Source of the DNA: Octopus bimaculoides
Lineage: Eukaryota
Reading direction: 5' to 3'
DNA length: 32,104 nucleotides
NCBI RefSeq assembly: GCF_001194135.2
Contig: NC_068981.1
Coordinates: 36,456,758 to 36,488,861, forward strand
Shown: positions 21,681-32,104 of the stretch, one piece after another
Layout of the letters: each line of letters begins with the position of its first letter
Position numbering within the stretch: position 1 is the stretch's first letter
Notes under the pieces: generated by a model
What the model saw: the letters and a program-made list of their open reading frames with translations, nothing else
What the model was told of the DNA's origin: nothing
Database searches by the model: none
Translations under genes and position numbers: made by a program

Positions 21681-23769
21681 CAGTGAAGATTTGTAAAATA
21701 TTCCAAAGATTCTCCCCTTTAGTTTCCTAGATGGTCATATGCACAAAATCCCATGTGGTATACAAACAAAAATAATTACATACATTCATGTACTAAAATG
21801 GAATGTAAACCTATTACATGATAACAAGTGTACATGAATTAAAGTATACATGGTTGAATATTTTGTAGACAATAGTACCCTTAATATAATTCTGAGTCAG
21901 AATCAGCATGATATTGTGTGATAATGTTGGTCCTTTTAATCATAGATACAGTCCATCCAACAAGCTTTCTAATTTTCTCTCTATCCTATTTTACACACAA
22001 GGTTGGATCAACTCATGGTTATGATAAGAAAGACTTGCCCAAGGTTCTATACATCAAGATTGTATCTATGTTCTCAAGACTGCAAAGTGAGCTTCTTAAC
22101 TTCATCATACATACACCCCACACACAGAGTAAGTATCTCAAGAAGTAGTCTCTTCCTGATGATTTTCTATTCAACTCCAGAATTGCTAGGCTAGTGTACC
22201 TCAGCAATGACCAAAGAAAAAAATACTGCACACCAAAATATGATTATGCGTAGGTATGTCTCTAGTAAGTTTGAAGATAAAATGAACTTTTACCTGGAGT
22301 GTAGCCTCTCTTGGACTTCTGACCATTATATTACATCACATTTCACTCTTGTAATCCAAAATCTGGAATTATTTACAAAATACCTAATGAATAAAAGAGG
22401 TGCTAAAGCTCTTAAATCCTTAAGATATACTAAAAATTTTGATCATGTTATTTTACTCATGTAATCAGCAGCTGCCCTTAAATGTCATTGATATATTTTC
22501 ATCCAATGCAGCTTGATGATGTTGCCTAAACAATAAGCAGTACAATCCATAGGAAACATTGTTCTAGGATAAGTATAGTTAATGCTATTGTTATCTAATA
22601 ATGCATACATATGTATGAACGAATGGAATATTGATGAAACATTCCCAGCAACACTCCTACCAAGTGCAGCATAAGCATGATGTAATTGTTTAAGACAAGT
22701 CAGCTATCCTACAGACATGAATATTTCTTTCAAAATCAGCCAGTAAAAGTATATTTATGGAAAATTGCTTTGATATTTACAGTTTCTCTCTCCAGATTAT
22801 AAATTCACCATATTTATTATAACTGCTATATTCAACTATTTTAGTAAATGTCTTAGTGGCAATCTCAAAACGCTGAGGTTCCAGGCAAATAAACTAACCA
22901 GCTAACAAACTTTGCAAATCTGTAAGTGGAACAATTAAATGTATGCAAAATTTTTTTAAATGTTAAACCTATACAAAATACAGACAACTTAAGCTAAAAG
23001 GAACTGCAATTAAAAAAAAAATTGTTTCAAAATATCCTCTCTCCAGTTATCTTGCTGTTGTCCTGGTTTAGTCCTATTCTGGGTGAGAAAGCTTATGAAT
23101 AAAGACATTTCAGCAATGATCATATAAGTTTTTCTCTTTTGCCTATATGCTATCCAATGTGTCCATCAAATTCCAAAACAATAGGGCATAAGCAAGTCAA
23201 GTGACCATGCAGAAGTTCCTGTATTATTTTGGTAGATTCTCATAGTTATGGAGTATAATACAGTTAATACATTCACAAAACAACAGAAATAAGTGAAACC
23301 AAAAATAACAGAATAGTTTGAAAAGATCTGAAACTTAATCTATATCAGCTAAAACAAGAACTTACAGTCCCAACTCAAATTCTAAATTACAAAACAAACA
23401 AAAAAAATACTATAAAAACAAAAACAATGAATTCATTGTTTGTTAACTAACCTAAATCTCTCGTCACAGTTTCCATGTAAGCAGTACAATTACAACAAAT
23501 GGTACTGAAACATGAGAAAGAATCAAGAGCTGTTGGATGTATATACAAGGGGAAAATTGTAAGTTTAACATGTAAGCTCAATGGCTGAAAAAATTTAGGA
23601 TAGGATACTGTAATTATATCGAACAAGAATATGCAATAAGTCATAAGTAGGCAAAGTTCTTAAAGGAAGTATAAAATTAAAAATTCCAATGTCCAAGCCT
23701 TTTATTGCAGAGATACTTGCTAGGAAAAAAAGTATCTAAGATCTACAACAGTAAGTATCACCTCCAAGA

Positions 23770-25490
23770 ATAACGAATCCCTGCTGTACAAAACGCAAAA
23801 AGTTTCGTCTGCAGCTCTGTAACGCAAGAAATGAAGACATAAGCCAACAGCAAAAGACCTCAACACATTACTTCCCAGTTGGTATGATGTGGTAGTCAAA
23901 GCAATTTGAAATAAAATAAGTCTTAACCCTGTTGATACAAATCTACCTAAGACCATCATGGTTCGGTGATACAAACTTTATGTTGTGAAGTGATTTGAAT
24001 TAGAACCTTCCTTCAAAACTTCATGTTAATTTATGCTTCAAACAGCAGCTTAATAACGAAATTTTTTTTTTTTCGAAATTCTTCATTATTTTAAAAATTA
24101 ATTGAAAGGAAGGTAGTGTATTTCAACCAGAATATGATAATGAAATAGTTAAAGTAATGACCAGTAAGGATGAATATTCTAAAAAACTGTTGAATTAAAT
24201 GAATAAAAAACGAAATACGGTCTCCTGTGGCAGTCAGCAGCCTACATGATACGAATATGGTAAAAACTGGAAGAAGATATTTATGAAACATTGATGACGA
24301 TTTTACAGCACAGTATCTCAAATACACACTCAGTTTTATATCCATACAGCACTCCTGAGTCGTCAAAAATGTCGATAGTCATCTATTAATGATAAAAAAA
24401 TGAGGCATCAAAACAACAGGAGAAACCATTGATAAATGTCAATATGTACATACATAGTATTGAAGTAGATGAGCAATTAAGCACGGTAGTAACGTTTCTG
24501 TTGAACATATCTTCCACGTAATGTGTGTATTTATATATAGTACACAGAAGATATATATTGTGCGTAATACGGTGTTGAAATGACTAAAGATAAAAAGTTA
24601 CGTTGTTGTACACACCTACCTGCTAATGCTTTTGTCCTGTCATAAGCACATATACATGCATGCATGCATGCATACATACATACATACATACCCACATACA
24701 CACCCATGTAAGAAATATATAAAATTAAATTTTAAACTATTTTCTTACTTGCATTTAAAACTATTTCTTTTCCAGAAACGACCGGCTCCTTCTTTTGATA
24801 ACAGGCTGAATGTCGTCTGCTCGTTTAATTTAATCACGTTCCTTCTTTTCTTTTTTTTTTACTTTTTATATTTCTTATGAAGCAATTTCCGAATTTATAG
24901 AAATTAAGTGAACAGAACAAAAAAAACTTACTATAAACTGTAACGATAATTTTATTCCCTCATTCTCATTTACTGTCATTTGACACTATCACAAGTTGCA
25001 TCGCTCGTATTCGTGCGCGTGTGTGTATTCCAACGTCGTTTAGTTTTAACTTTTGTATCCAACTTCAGAAATAAATTTCTCGCAAATTTTCGACAAAAAT
25101 TTGCAGCTTAATTTTTGTCAAAATCCCTGCTGTTCTAGCCTTTGAACAATCTCTCACTCGAAATCTATTCATCGTTACATCTATATATGTATATGTGTGT
25201 GGGGGTGGTGAGACAGAAAGCGTATCATAAATGTGTAAGTTAAAAACTTCACTTCATATTCGCACGATTTTACGTTCATTTCATGTGTCTTCTGCTATAG
25301 CAGAAGATACAACGTCTGTCTTGTCAATGATTTAATAAGTAAGTGAATTTGGATACTAAATAAATCCCCTTGTGTGTATACGTGTGTGTGCATATGTGCG
25401 CGTGCACGTGTATGTCTACATTTCTTTGAAAAGGTCAGTCATCGGTGTTGTCTAGTTTGTTGACAACTTACTGTCAACGAATGTCAAAGT
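23770..25490. promoter_or_regulatory. CpG-retaining island, putative (bidirectional) promoter / first-exon region
   Basis: About 48 CpG counted by eye in about 1.7 kb, versus about 5 in 26000-28900. Divergent donors occur at 24748 (minus, CAA|gtaaga) and 25339 (plus, TAA|gtaagt). Confidence 0.55.
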
Positions 25491-25504
25491 TTCTACTGTC
25501 AAGA

Positions 25505-25707
25505 TTTCTACAGCTGGATGCCCTTCCTAACGCCAACCGTTCTGAGAATGCAGTGGGTGCTTTTACGTGCTACCTGCATGGGAGCTAGTCTGGCGGCACT
25601 GGCAATGACCATGCTCATACGTTGTTTTTCACGTGCCACCAGCACATGTGCCGGTAAAGCGACGCTGGCAACAATCATGCTGGAATGGTGCTTGATTGTT
25701 GCCAGCG

Positions 25708-25767
<60 letters not shown>

Positions 25768-25795
25768 GCATATACATATATATATATACGTATAC
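25505..25795 (-). mobile_element. Family A SINE fragment followed by (TA)n/(CA)n microsatellite
   Basis: tttctacagctggatgcccttcctaacgccaacc..gtgcttttacgtg matches 4285-4355. It carries about three copies of the internal repeat unit, and the microsatellite starts at 25711. Confidence 0.8.
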
Positions 25796-25999
25796 AAGTT
25801 TCCCTTGTAGATGCACAAGGTTATCACGTAAAGACCCTGTACATCAACAGGCAATACTCAGAGTAGCAAGAGACTGACTCGATCAATAATGAAAAAATAT
25901 TTATTATTCATTTGTATTACAACTTATAAACAACAGTATCATTGGTTAGAAGTTTTCAATGATGCACTGTTTTAGTGTGTTTTTGACAGAGTGTCAGGC

Positions 26000-26180
26000 C
26001 AAATTCATACATGTATACATACAACAGACAGGCTACCATATAGTTTCCACATACCAAATTTTTCTCACAAGGTATTGGTCAACTCAAGGCCATAATAAAA
26101 GACAAACAAAGAGCTGCGCAGAGGAATCAGTTTCAGAAACATGTAGCTGCAAAGCAAAATTCTCAACCTAGCAATCATGC
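26000..26180 (-). mobile_element. Decayed SINE head (family B/C)
   Basis: ccaaatttttctcacaaggtattggtcaactcaaggccataataaaagaca is a diverged reverse complement of 13930-13985. Confidence 0.6.
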
Positions 26181-26349
26181 CAGGCCACATTTCATTGGGA
26201 ACCATGATTCTTTCTATCAAATGGTCATCCCTACTTTTTGTCTTGACCCTATCCAGCCCAAATATTCTGTTTTATGTTCATATTAGCCAAATTTTGCTTC
26301 TTACACTTATCTTATGATAAAATAAACAATCACATCAAAATAAACACTC

Positions 26350-26447
26350 ACATCATTGGAATCTCAAATTACAAGATGATTAATTCAAAACAAAGGGAAT
26401 GAATAAGCATTCCATTTGACAGAATAATCTGAATGCTAAAGGTTTAA
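26350..26447. mobile_element. Probable end of a TTAA-type (piggyBac-like) MITE
   Basis: Ends ..atttgacagaataatctgaatgctaaaggtttaa, close to a repeat terminus (gctaaagggTTAA) that I recall from Octopus. The other end was not found. Confidence 0.35.
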
Positions 26448-27149
26448 TAGAGAGATGAGGCAGATTAATAGTTTTGTTTTAATTTCTTAGAGAAAGAAGA
26501 GCAATACTTATGATCCACTGTAGGTACCCAAGAATCAATGGTGATGTTAAACCAAACAATGTGCCAATTCTACTGCCCAGTGTGAAATAATAACTGTGAA
26601 AAATAATTATGAGAACTTTTGCAGAAATTGACACAAGATATATGCCTCTGACCTGATTAGTGCTATTAAATCAATAGTAACCCCTTTGACCTATGTGGTA
26701 CATGATAGAATTGACTTTAAACTTTTCACTTTTAGAATTTAATGAGATGCCAGCCTATAAGAGACCTGACTTTCATTTCAGAGTCAAAATTTTATTCAGT
26801 CACGAGTAGCTACTTATTCTACATACATGACTTAAATATGCTTTACTATGCACTGTCATTTAAAGTAATGTGCTTACAAAGGAGCCTATACAAGATCACT
26901 GTCTCTGCTAGAAATAACAGAAAATATCTTTCAACTCACAGCCTACTACCTTAGAAATAGAAGTATGCCTTCATAATATAATTCTAGATATACCATCCCT
27001 GAAGTAAAGATGGGATGGTCATCACTGGAATTCCTTTGATCATATGTTTATTTGATTAGTACTGACCTGAGATTAGAAGTTGAAGAACTTTGATGATACT
27101 GAGTACTGGAGTGTTGCCATAAACTCACAGCAGGAGGTGAACTTAGAAC

Positions 27150-28120
27150 TGTCAACAGAGAAACTACTTGCCAGTTTTCAAGTGCATCTGCTTAGAGTTG
27201 TTCTTTCTTATCAGCTGGCACTAGCTTTCCTCCAGTGGGCTGGGTTGTATGAGAGTTAAATGTTCTGGCACATACATAATGTATTGCTGATGATATAATG
27301 CGAACTGCTAATCTATAAATTGTATCAAAATAACAAATGCAACAACTTTAGGTGTTACTGAGGTGGAATACTTCATTGCTATTCACAAATTTCTTTCAAC
27401 AAATCAATATCATCATTTGGATCATGTGGAATGTCTGAAATGACAATTTGATACTTCTGTTTATTTATGAATTGCATTTGCTGTTGGGATTAGCTTAATG
27501 GATGCATCCATAATCACTTTTACTGATCTCAGCAAAATTTATTTGCTACACTCTGGAGTCATAATTTGTACATATACCATAAGATGTTTCAGTGCTAACT
27601 CAGAATAAGGATTCATGTCTGCTTAATAACCCTGGCACAGTTTTATCTGCATATGATATTGGTTGTGAAGCAAAATCTTTACATTCCTTCATGATTAAAA
27701 TGGGTTTTCCTTCTACTTCAAATCTTTTCCTAGTATCTTATTTTATTATTTTTTTATTTGGTTGAGCCAGTTTCCTTCATGTATTACAACAGACACATAA
27801 ATTAACTATTTGATCCTGTTTATGTCAATGGTGGCTTAGCTTTCAAAATGTCCTTAATGGCTTGCTTGCAGTTGATTAATTTTGTCATCAGTTTTTCACT
27901 GGAATTTCTGTTTGAGAAGATTTACTGTTGATCAATAAGCATGTCTTTTAAAGTTATCTGGTTGTTTCTTTATTTTCTCTCTTAGTTGTTTTGTATATTC
28001 CATTGTAATATCATTTCTGTCAATATTAGAGTCACTGTTGTTTAGAGTTTGTTTCTCAGTGTACTTGCATGTACTTATTGAATTTATTAAACATTTTCTG
28101 TTGTGTTTTTTTAGCTCCAA
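27150..28120 (-). mobile_element. Possible highly decayed LINE ORF1-like region
   Basis: Minus-strand pieces SYADK, KQKYQIVISDIPHD..DDIDLLKEICE and YVPEHLT loosely resemble LINE ORF1 motifs. Many stops. Confidence 0.25.
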
Positions 28121-28948
28121 TATTTATGCTTTCAATATTTTTGTTTTATTGTTTACAGTTACTGTTTTTTCTTTATAACTGCTTGTTATATGTATTTGCA
28201 ATATTTTGACTTTTAAATTATGTAATGTCTTTTATGTTTTAAAATGTACCACCAGTGATTAATTTGTTTGAAACTATATGTATTTTTTTATACAAGTATT
28301 TTTTTCTCCACAAGGTATATGTTTTGATGTATTTTTGTGAACTGTAGATGTAATATTTCTCTTGAGCCAATTTTTATTGTTATTTAAAAAAGAATTAAAG
28401 GGTAAAATTCATGCTACTGTTTAAGTTGTACAATTTTCCTTATACATCAGTTCAGAACTGTGCTACAATGTTTTGCTTCCATCACCAGAATTTTCATAAT
28501 TTTCACATTTCAGTTTTAAATTGATCCTGGGAGAAATATTAATTAAAAAAAAAAAAATTATTTGATCATTTCTTCTTGTCAGATATATGTAGTGTTGAGA
28601 TACATAATTTATAAAAAGTTTTCCGTGGAGAGTATGTGCATTGCCAACACTTAATTTGTAATATATGTAAATGTATGATTTAAGCATACTGGTTTTGTTT
28701 GCTTTGGTTAAAGAAATCTATATTGAAAATATTTTTCTGGCAAAAAACTGTTTAAACATGACAAAATTTAGACCTGGGTCAGTGCTAAACAAACAAACCT
28801 ATGATCAAAACTATTCCAAAAGCAACCCTCTTAAGTTTTCTTAATATCATGAACTACATCATTCATTAGGTCTTTATTCTTCTTTTTAAGACAGGAAGGT
28901 CTGGTAAGTGAAATTTGTCTCCCATTTCTTGGTCTGCAATATGTACAG

Positions 28949-29087
28949 TCGGCTTAGCTATGATACATATACAAGGATCTGGTTACAAGAATCTGAATGC
29001 ATCATATATATTACATGAGAAAGCTGCAGGAACAGTAGAAGCAGCAAGAAGGACACTTGATAGTTTTACAGTTTCAAAACAGGAAAG
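28949..29087 (+). CDS. Candidate coding exon (139 nt), unidentified host gene
   Basis: Acceptor ..atatgtacag| and a strong donor AAG|gtgagt. A single open frame reads GLAMIHIQGSGYKNLNASYILHEKAAGTVEAARRTLDSFTVSKQE; the other two frames have stops. No TE motif seen. Confidence 0.5.
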
Positions 29088-29138
29088 GTGAGTTGTCTGA
29101 GATAAGGTGCATGCATTAAATCATGAAGGCATTATAGC

Positions 29139-29690
29139 CACTCTATCAGCCCAGTGGGCAGTGGTTTGTCAATGCAATCAATCCATGACATTATGTAACA
29201 AAATTTTAATTTTTTTTTTGTCTTTGGTCAATAAGTGTTATTTCCTATTTGCTTTTATCTAGAAATCAAGGAAATGATTACTATTCCTTTCAAACTTTGC
29301 TTTTGTGACTTGGACATCAATGTTTTGAAACTGACCTATTTTCCATTACATTTCAGACAGATTCAACACTGAGTTGCTGAAGCAGAAATATCATCAAAGC
29401 AAATATTCTGCTCAATACCACAGACTTGCTTGTCATTTTCTTGACATTAACCATTTTAGCATGTCCCTTAGTGGCTGACTATATGTGCATCTCTGATCAG
29501 GGGTAGGAGTAGTGGAGGAGCATCATAGCCAAGTGTTGAGGGGAATTCTTTTGTGGTTTGAATAAATGTAACAAAAGCAAAGTTTGAAGGAAATATTATC
29601 CCTTTTTCATACTTTCTAGGGGATAAACAAAAAGGAAATTTGCTATCCAAGGACTAAAATTACATTACACAGTGGGCTGATAACAGAGTG
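29139..29690. mobile_element. Foldback MITE with long imperfect inverted repeats
   Basis: Terminal cactct(at)cagccca (29139) versus tgggctgataacagagtg (29673-29690). Inner arms 29241-29309 and 29568-29638 include ttcaaactttgcttttgtgac versus rc ttcaaactttgcttttgttac (20/21). Confidence 0.75.
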
Positions 29691-29762
29691 AATGTACTGT
29701 ACAATTCTTGATGGATCTATGCATATTTTAATAGCACTTTGTCAAATAGGGCAGATACAATA

Positions 29763-30971
29763 CAGGGTATGTCAGTTTTTTGAGAACACCTCTTTCAAGA
29801 ACTCTAACTTTTTTCTAACTTATTTTCTAACCTTACTTTTCTGCTAAATAATGTTATACATCAGGCTGATTCAGAAAATGAAAAGGCATGCGGTAATCAT
29901 TGCCTTAAAAATAACAAGATAGTGATATAGCTTGCTTCCTGAAAGTTACCTGATCCTTTGTTGTCAAAATTTGAAAAGAGCTAGAAACTGCTGATAGGGA
30001 TCCAATATCAGCAGCCAAAAGCAAAATGTGCGTACAAGTTCCTAATACCATTAAAATATAACTTTGTACAAAAAGTCTAAGAAATAATTGATAAAACCCC
30101 CAGAAAGCCATTGCAAAGTACCTCAAGGTTTCAGAATGCACCATCAGAATAGTTGTGTATGAAGACATCTGGTTCAAGTTGTATATGATGAAGAGGTGTT
30201 GGTTTATGTCAGATGTGACAAGAGAGAATTGTTTAAGCCTTGAAAAGCTCTTGATAAGCAGGTTAAAGAACCAAGAGGCTGGAATGCTTTGGTTTTTCTT
30301 TGATGAGAAAAATTTTGATCAAAACCAAAAGGTTAACTGAAGGAATGACAGATGGTTATGTAGAAACCCAAATGTAATTCCACTGGTCAAGCTTGCTATG
30401 TTCTCAGCAACTGTGATGGTTCTGGGAGTCATCAGCAACAAGGGAGATGCCATACCTCTTTACTTCTTTTCACAGGGTTTAAGAGTCAACGTCAGTGTCT
30501 ACACATTAGTGTTGGTAAAAGTTGTGAGACCATGAATAGACAGAGTATGCAATGGAAAACTATGTCTTCCAGCAAAACTCTGCACCAGCTCATAAGGCTA
30601 GGACAACCCAAGCATGGATGCAGGCCTGTCTCAATGATCATGCTCTCCTAGACACATGACTTCCTAGCTCATCAAAACTCTCAATTCACTGGACTATCAC
30701 ATATGGGGTAACACTATACAATCTCTCAAGTCCAACTTAACCAGCACTATGTCCAAAAACAATAAAGATCAACTGATTTGAGCTTGTCAGTTCTTCTGTG
30801 CTAGTATTGAAGCAGTTATTGATGCTAACAGTAGATTCCTTTTGTAGGAGTGGTGAAAGGATTCTCAAGGTTATTTGTACCAAAATGTTTTCAAATACAT
30901 CGTTTCTCTGACGAGCTGTGTCTCTTTTTCTTAGAAATTCATACAAATGACCCCAAAAAGTGATGCACCTG
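29763..30971 (+). mobile_element. Near full-length fossil Tc1/mariner of the maT (Bmmar1, DD37D) family
   Basis: TA|CAGG termini at both ends with degenerate TIRs, length 1209 bp, ATG at 29878. Motifs: WFFFDEKNF (30302), TVMVLGVIS, QGLRVN, VFQQNSAPAHKA (D to N, 30576) and NSLDYHIWG (30692). The spacing is 37 residues once a 2-nt insertion is removed. Confidence 0.9.
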
Positions 30972-31996
30972 TATATAGGCAAAAATAGGCAATCACTTGG
31001 AGTGTTAAAGTGACTACACAAATTCTGAATAATGTTAAAAAATAGAAAAAAATCTCAGTAATGAAGGGAGAAGGGGATGTCCCATCACAAAACAGAAGAA
31101 AATAGAGGACATGATTTGGTGGGTCAGGAAAGATAAGGGGTATATATGGCATTATGACCCATCAAGTGATTTGGTGTAAAACATTTCAGATTTTGCCAGT
31201 AATATGCATGATCATAAAACTAGAGCACAAAGTATTTAAACATTTTCAACTACATTTTTCAGTTAGAGTAAAGAAGTTGATAGTTAGAAGAAACTAGAGA
31301 AAAGAATTGTTAAAGAAGATACATCATGCAGGGCTAGGAAAAGGATGGGTAATTCTCATAAAAGAGATGAAGTTAGAGCAGGGGTGTATGTTGTAGAGCT
31401 GGGATAAGGGGAGCATTGTAGGACTGGTAGAAGGTGAAACATTATAGGGCTAAGAGAAAGGAGTACAAGGACTGGACTAAGGCCCTGGATATTCTGGTAT
31501 TGACTCTGTTTCCGACCTGTTTGGAAAGAGCAAAAGACTGAACTCAAGAAGAGAGTGATGGTCTTTAACACATCATGAAGGAAATGGTGGAAAGCCTGAA
31601 AATTCAAGTCTATTGTAGCTTAGGACCTCCAGCAATGATAGCATGCCCCAATATAAACAAGAATAATAACAAAATTTTCATCCCTTTCATGAGAACTACC
31701 AATAGATTTGATCAGATCACTCTAGAAAATTGGGATGCAATAAAGATCATACTTATCAACAATAAAATGACCCTGATAAAGTCCGTTCCTGCTATGAAGG
31801 AACATATTGATAAGAGAAGAAAATATAAGGAAAGGAAGAAGACAGATGGCAAAGCCTTACGCAGTTTTGGTTCCATTAATGGCTGAACAACATCTGTGCT
31901 TCTGTCTTTTGTTTCAAGTTACCATCCATTAATCAGAGCCAGCAATCTTTACTTCCAACATTCTCAATTTACTGTATGAATTGGCAATGTAGTTCC

Positions 31997-32021
31997 ATTG
32001 TTGTTGTTGTTGTTATTATTA

Positions 32022-32104
<83 letters not shown>
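31997..32104. repeat. (TTG)n then (TTA)n trinucleotide microsatellite to the window end
   Basis: Directly visible. Confidence 0.97.

Noticed and set aside
21990-22270. Plus-strand exon-like segments with gtaagt/gtatgt donors
   Set aside because: Phases are incompatible, the implied intron is about 54 nt, one segment ends in a stop at the donor, and there is no homology.
24091-24366. Hydrophobic minus-strand ORF with a signal-peptide-like stretch
   Set aside because: AT-rich DNA readily gives F/I/L-rich frames; no good donor and no recognised family.
31250-31886. Purine-rich stretch and 103-aa ORF vaguely like an RLE C-terminus
   Set aside because: No diagnostic motif could be aligned; probably an old LINE relic but unsupported.
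1-32104. CRISPR array, rRNA, prokaryotic operon or viral insert
   Set aside because: No regularly spaced repeats with unique spacers, no rRNA-like sequence and no dense intact ORFs; all recurring repeats are eukaryotic TEs or microsatellites.

Overview
AT-rich eukaryotic genomic DNA with three assembly gaps (1457-1556, 4481-5464, 10149-10622) and many microsatellites. The SINE families resemble ones I recall from Octopus (coleoid cephalopod) genomes; this is recognition from memory, not a database result. Most of the window is decayed transposable elements: hAT (x2), Penelope-like GIY-YIG fragments (x2), piggyBac, a CR1/L2-type LINE, an RTE endonuclease fragment, an R4/Dong-type RLE LINE, a Helentron-associated (HINE/DINE-like) element, a foldback MITE, a near full-length DD37D maT/mariner and about ten SINE copies. 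No intact TE ORF is present and I could not identify any host gene by name. The best non-TE signal is a CpG-retaining island at about 23.8-25.5 kb with divergent splice donors, which may be a bidirectional promoter. It comes with a good plus-strand coding-exon candidate (28949-29087) and a speculative phase-compatible minus-strand exon chain. Most ORFs in the supplied track are artefacts of N-gaps, low complexity or TE relics. I found no convincing evidence of a wholly new biological system; the leads below are modest.
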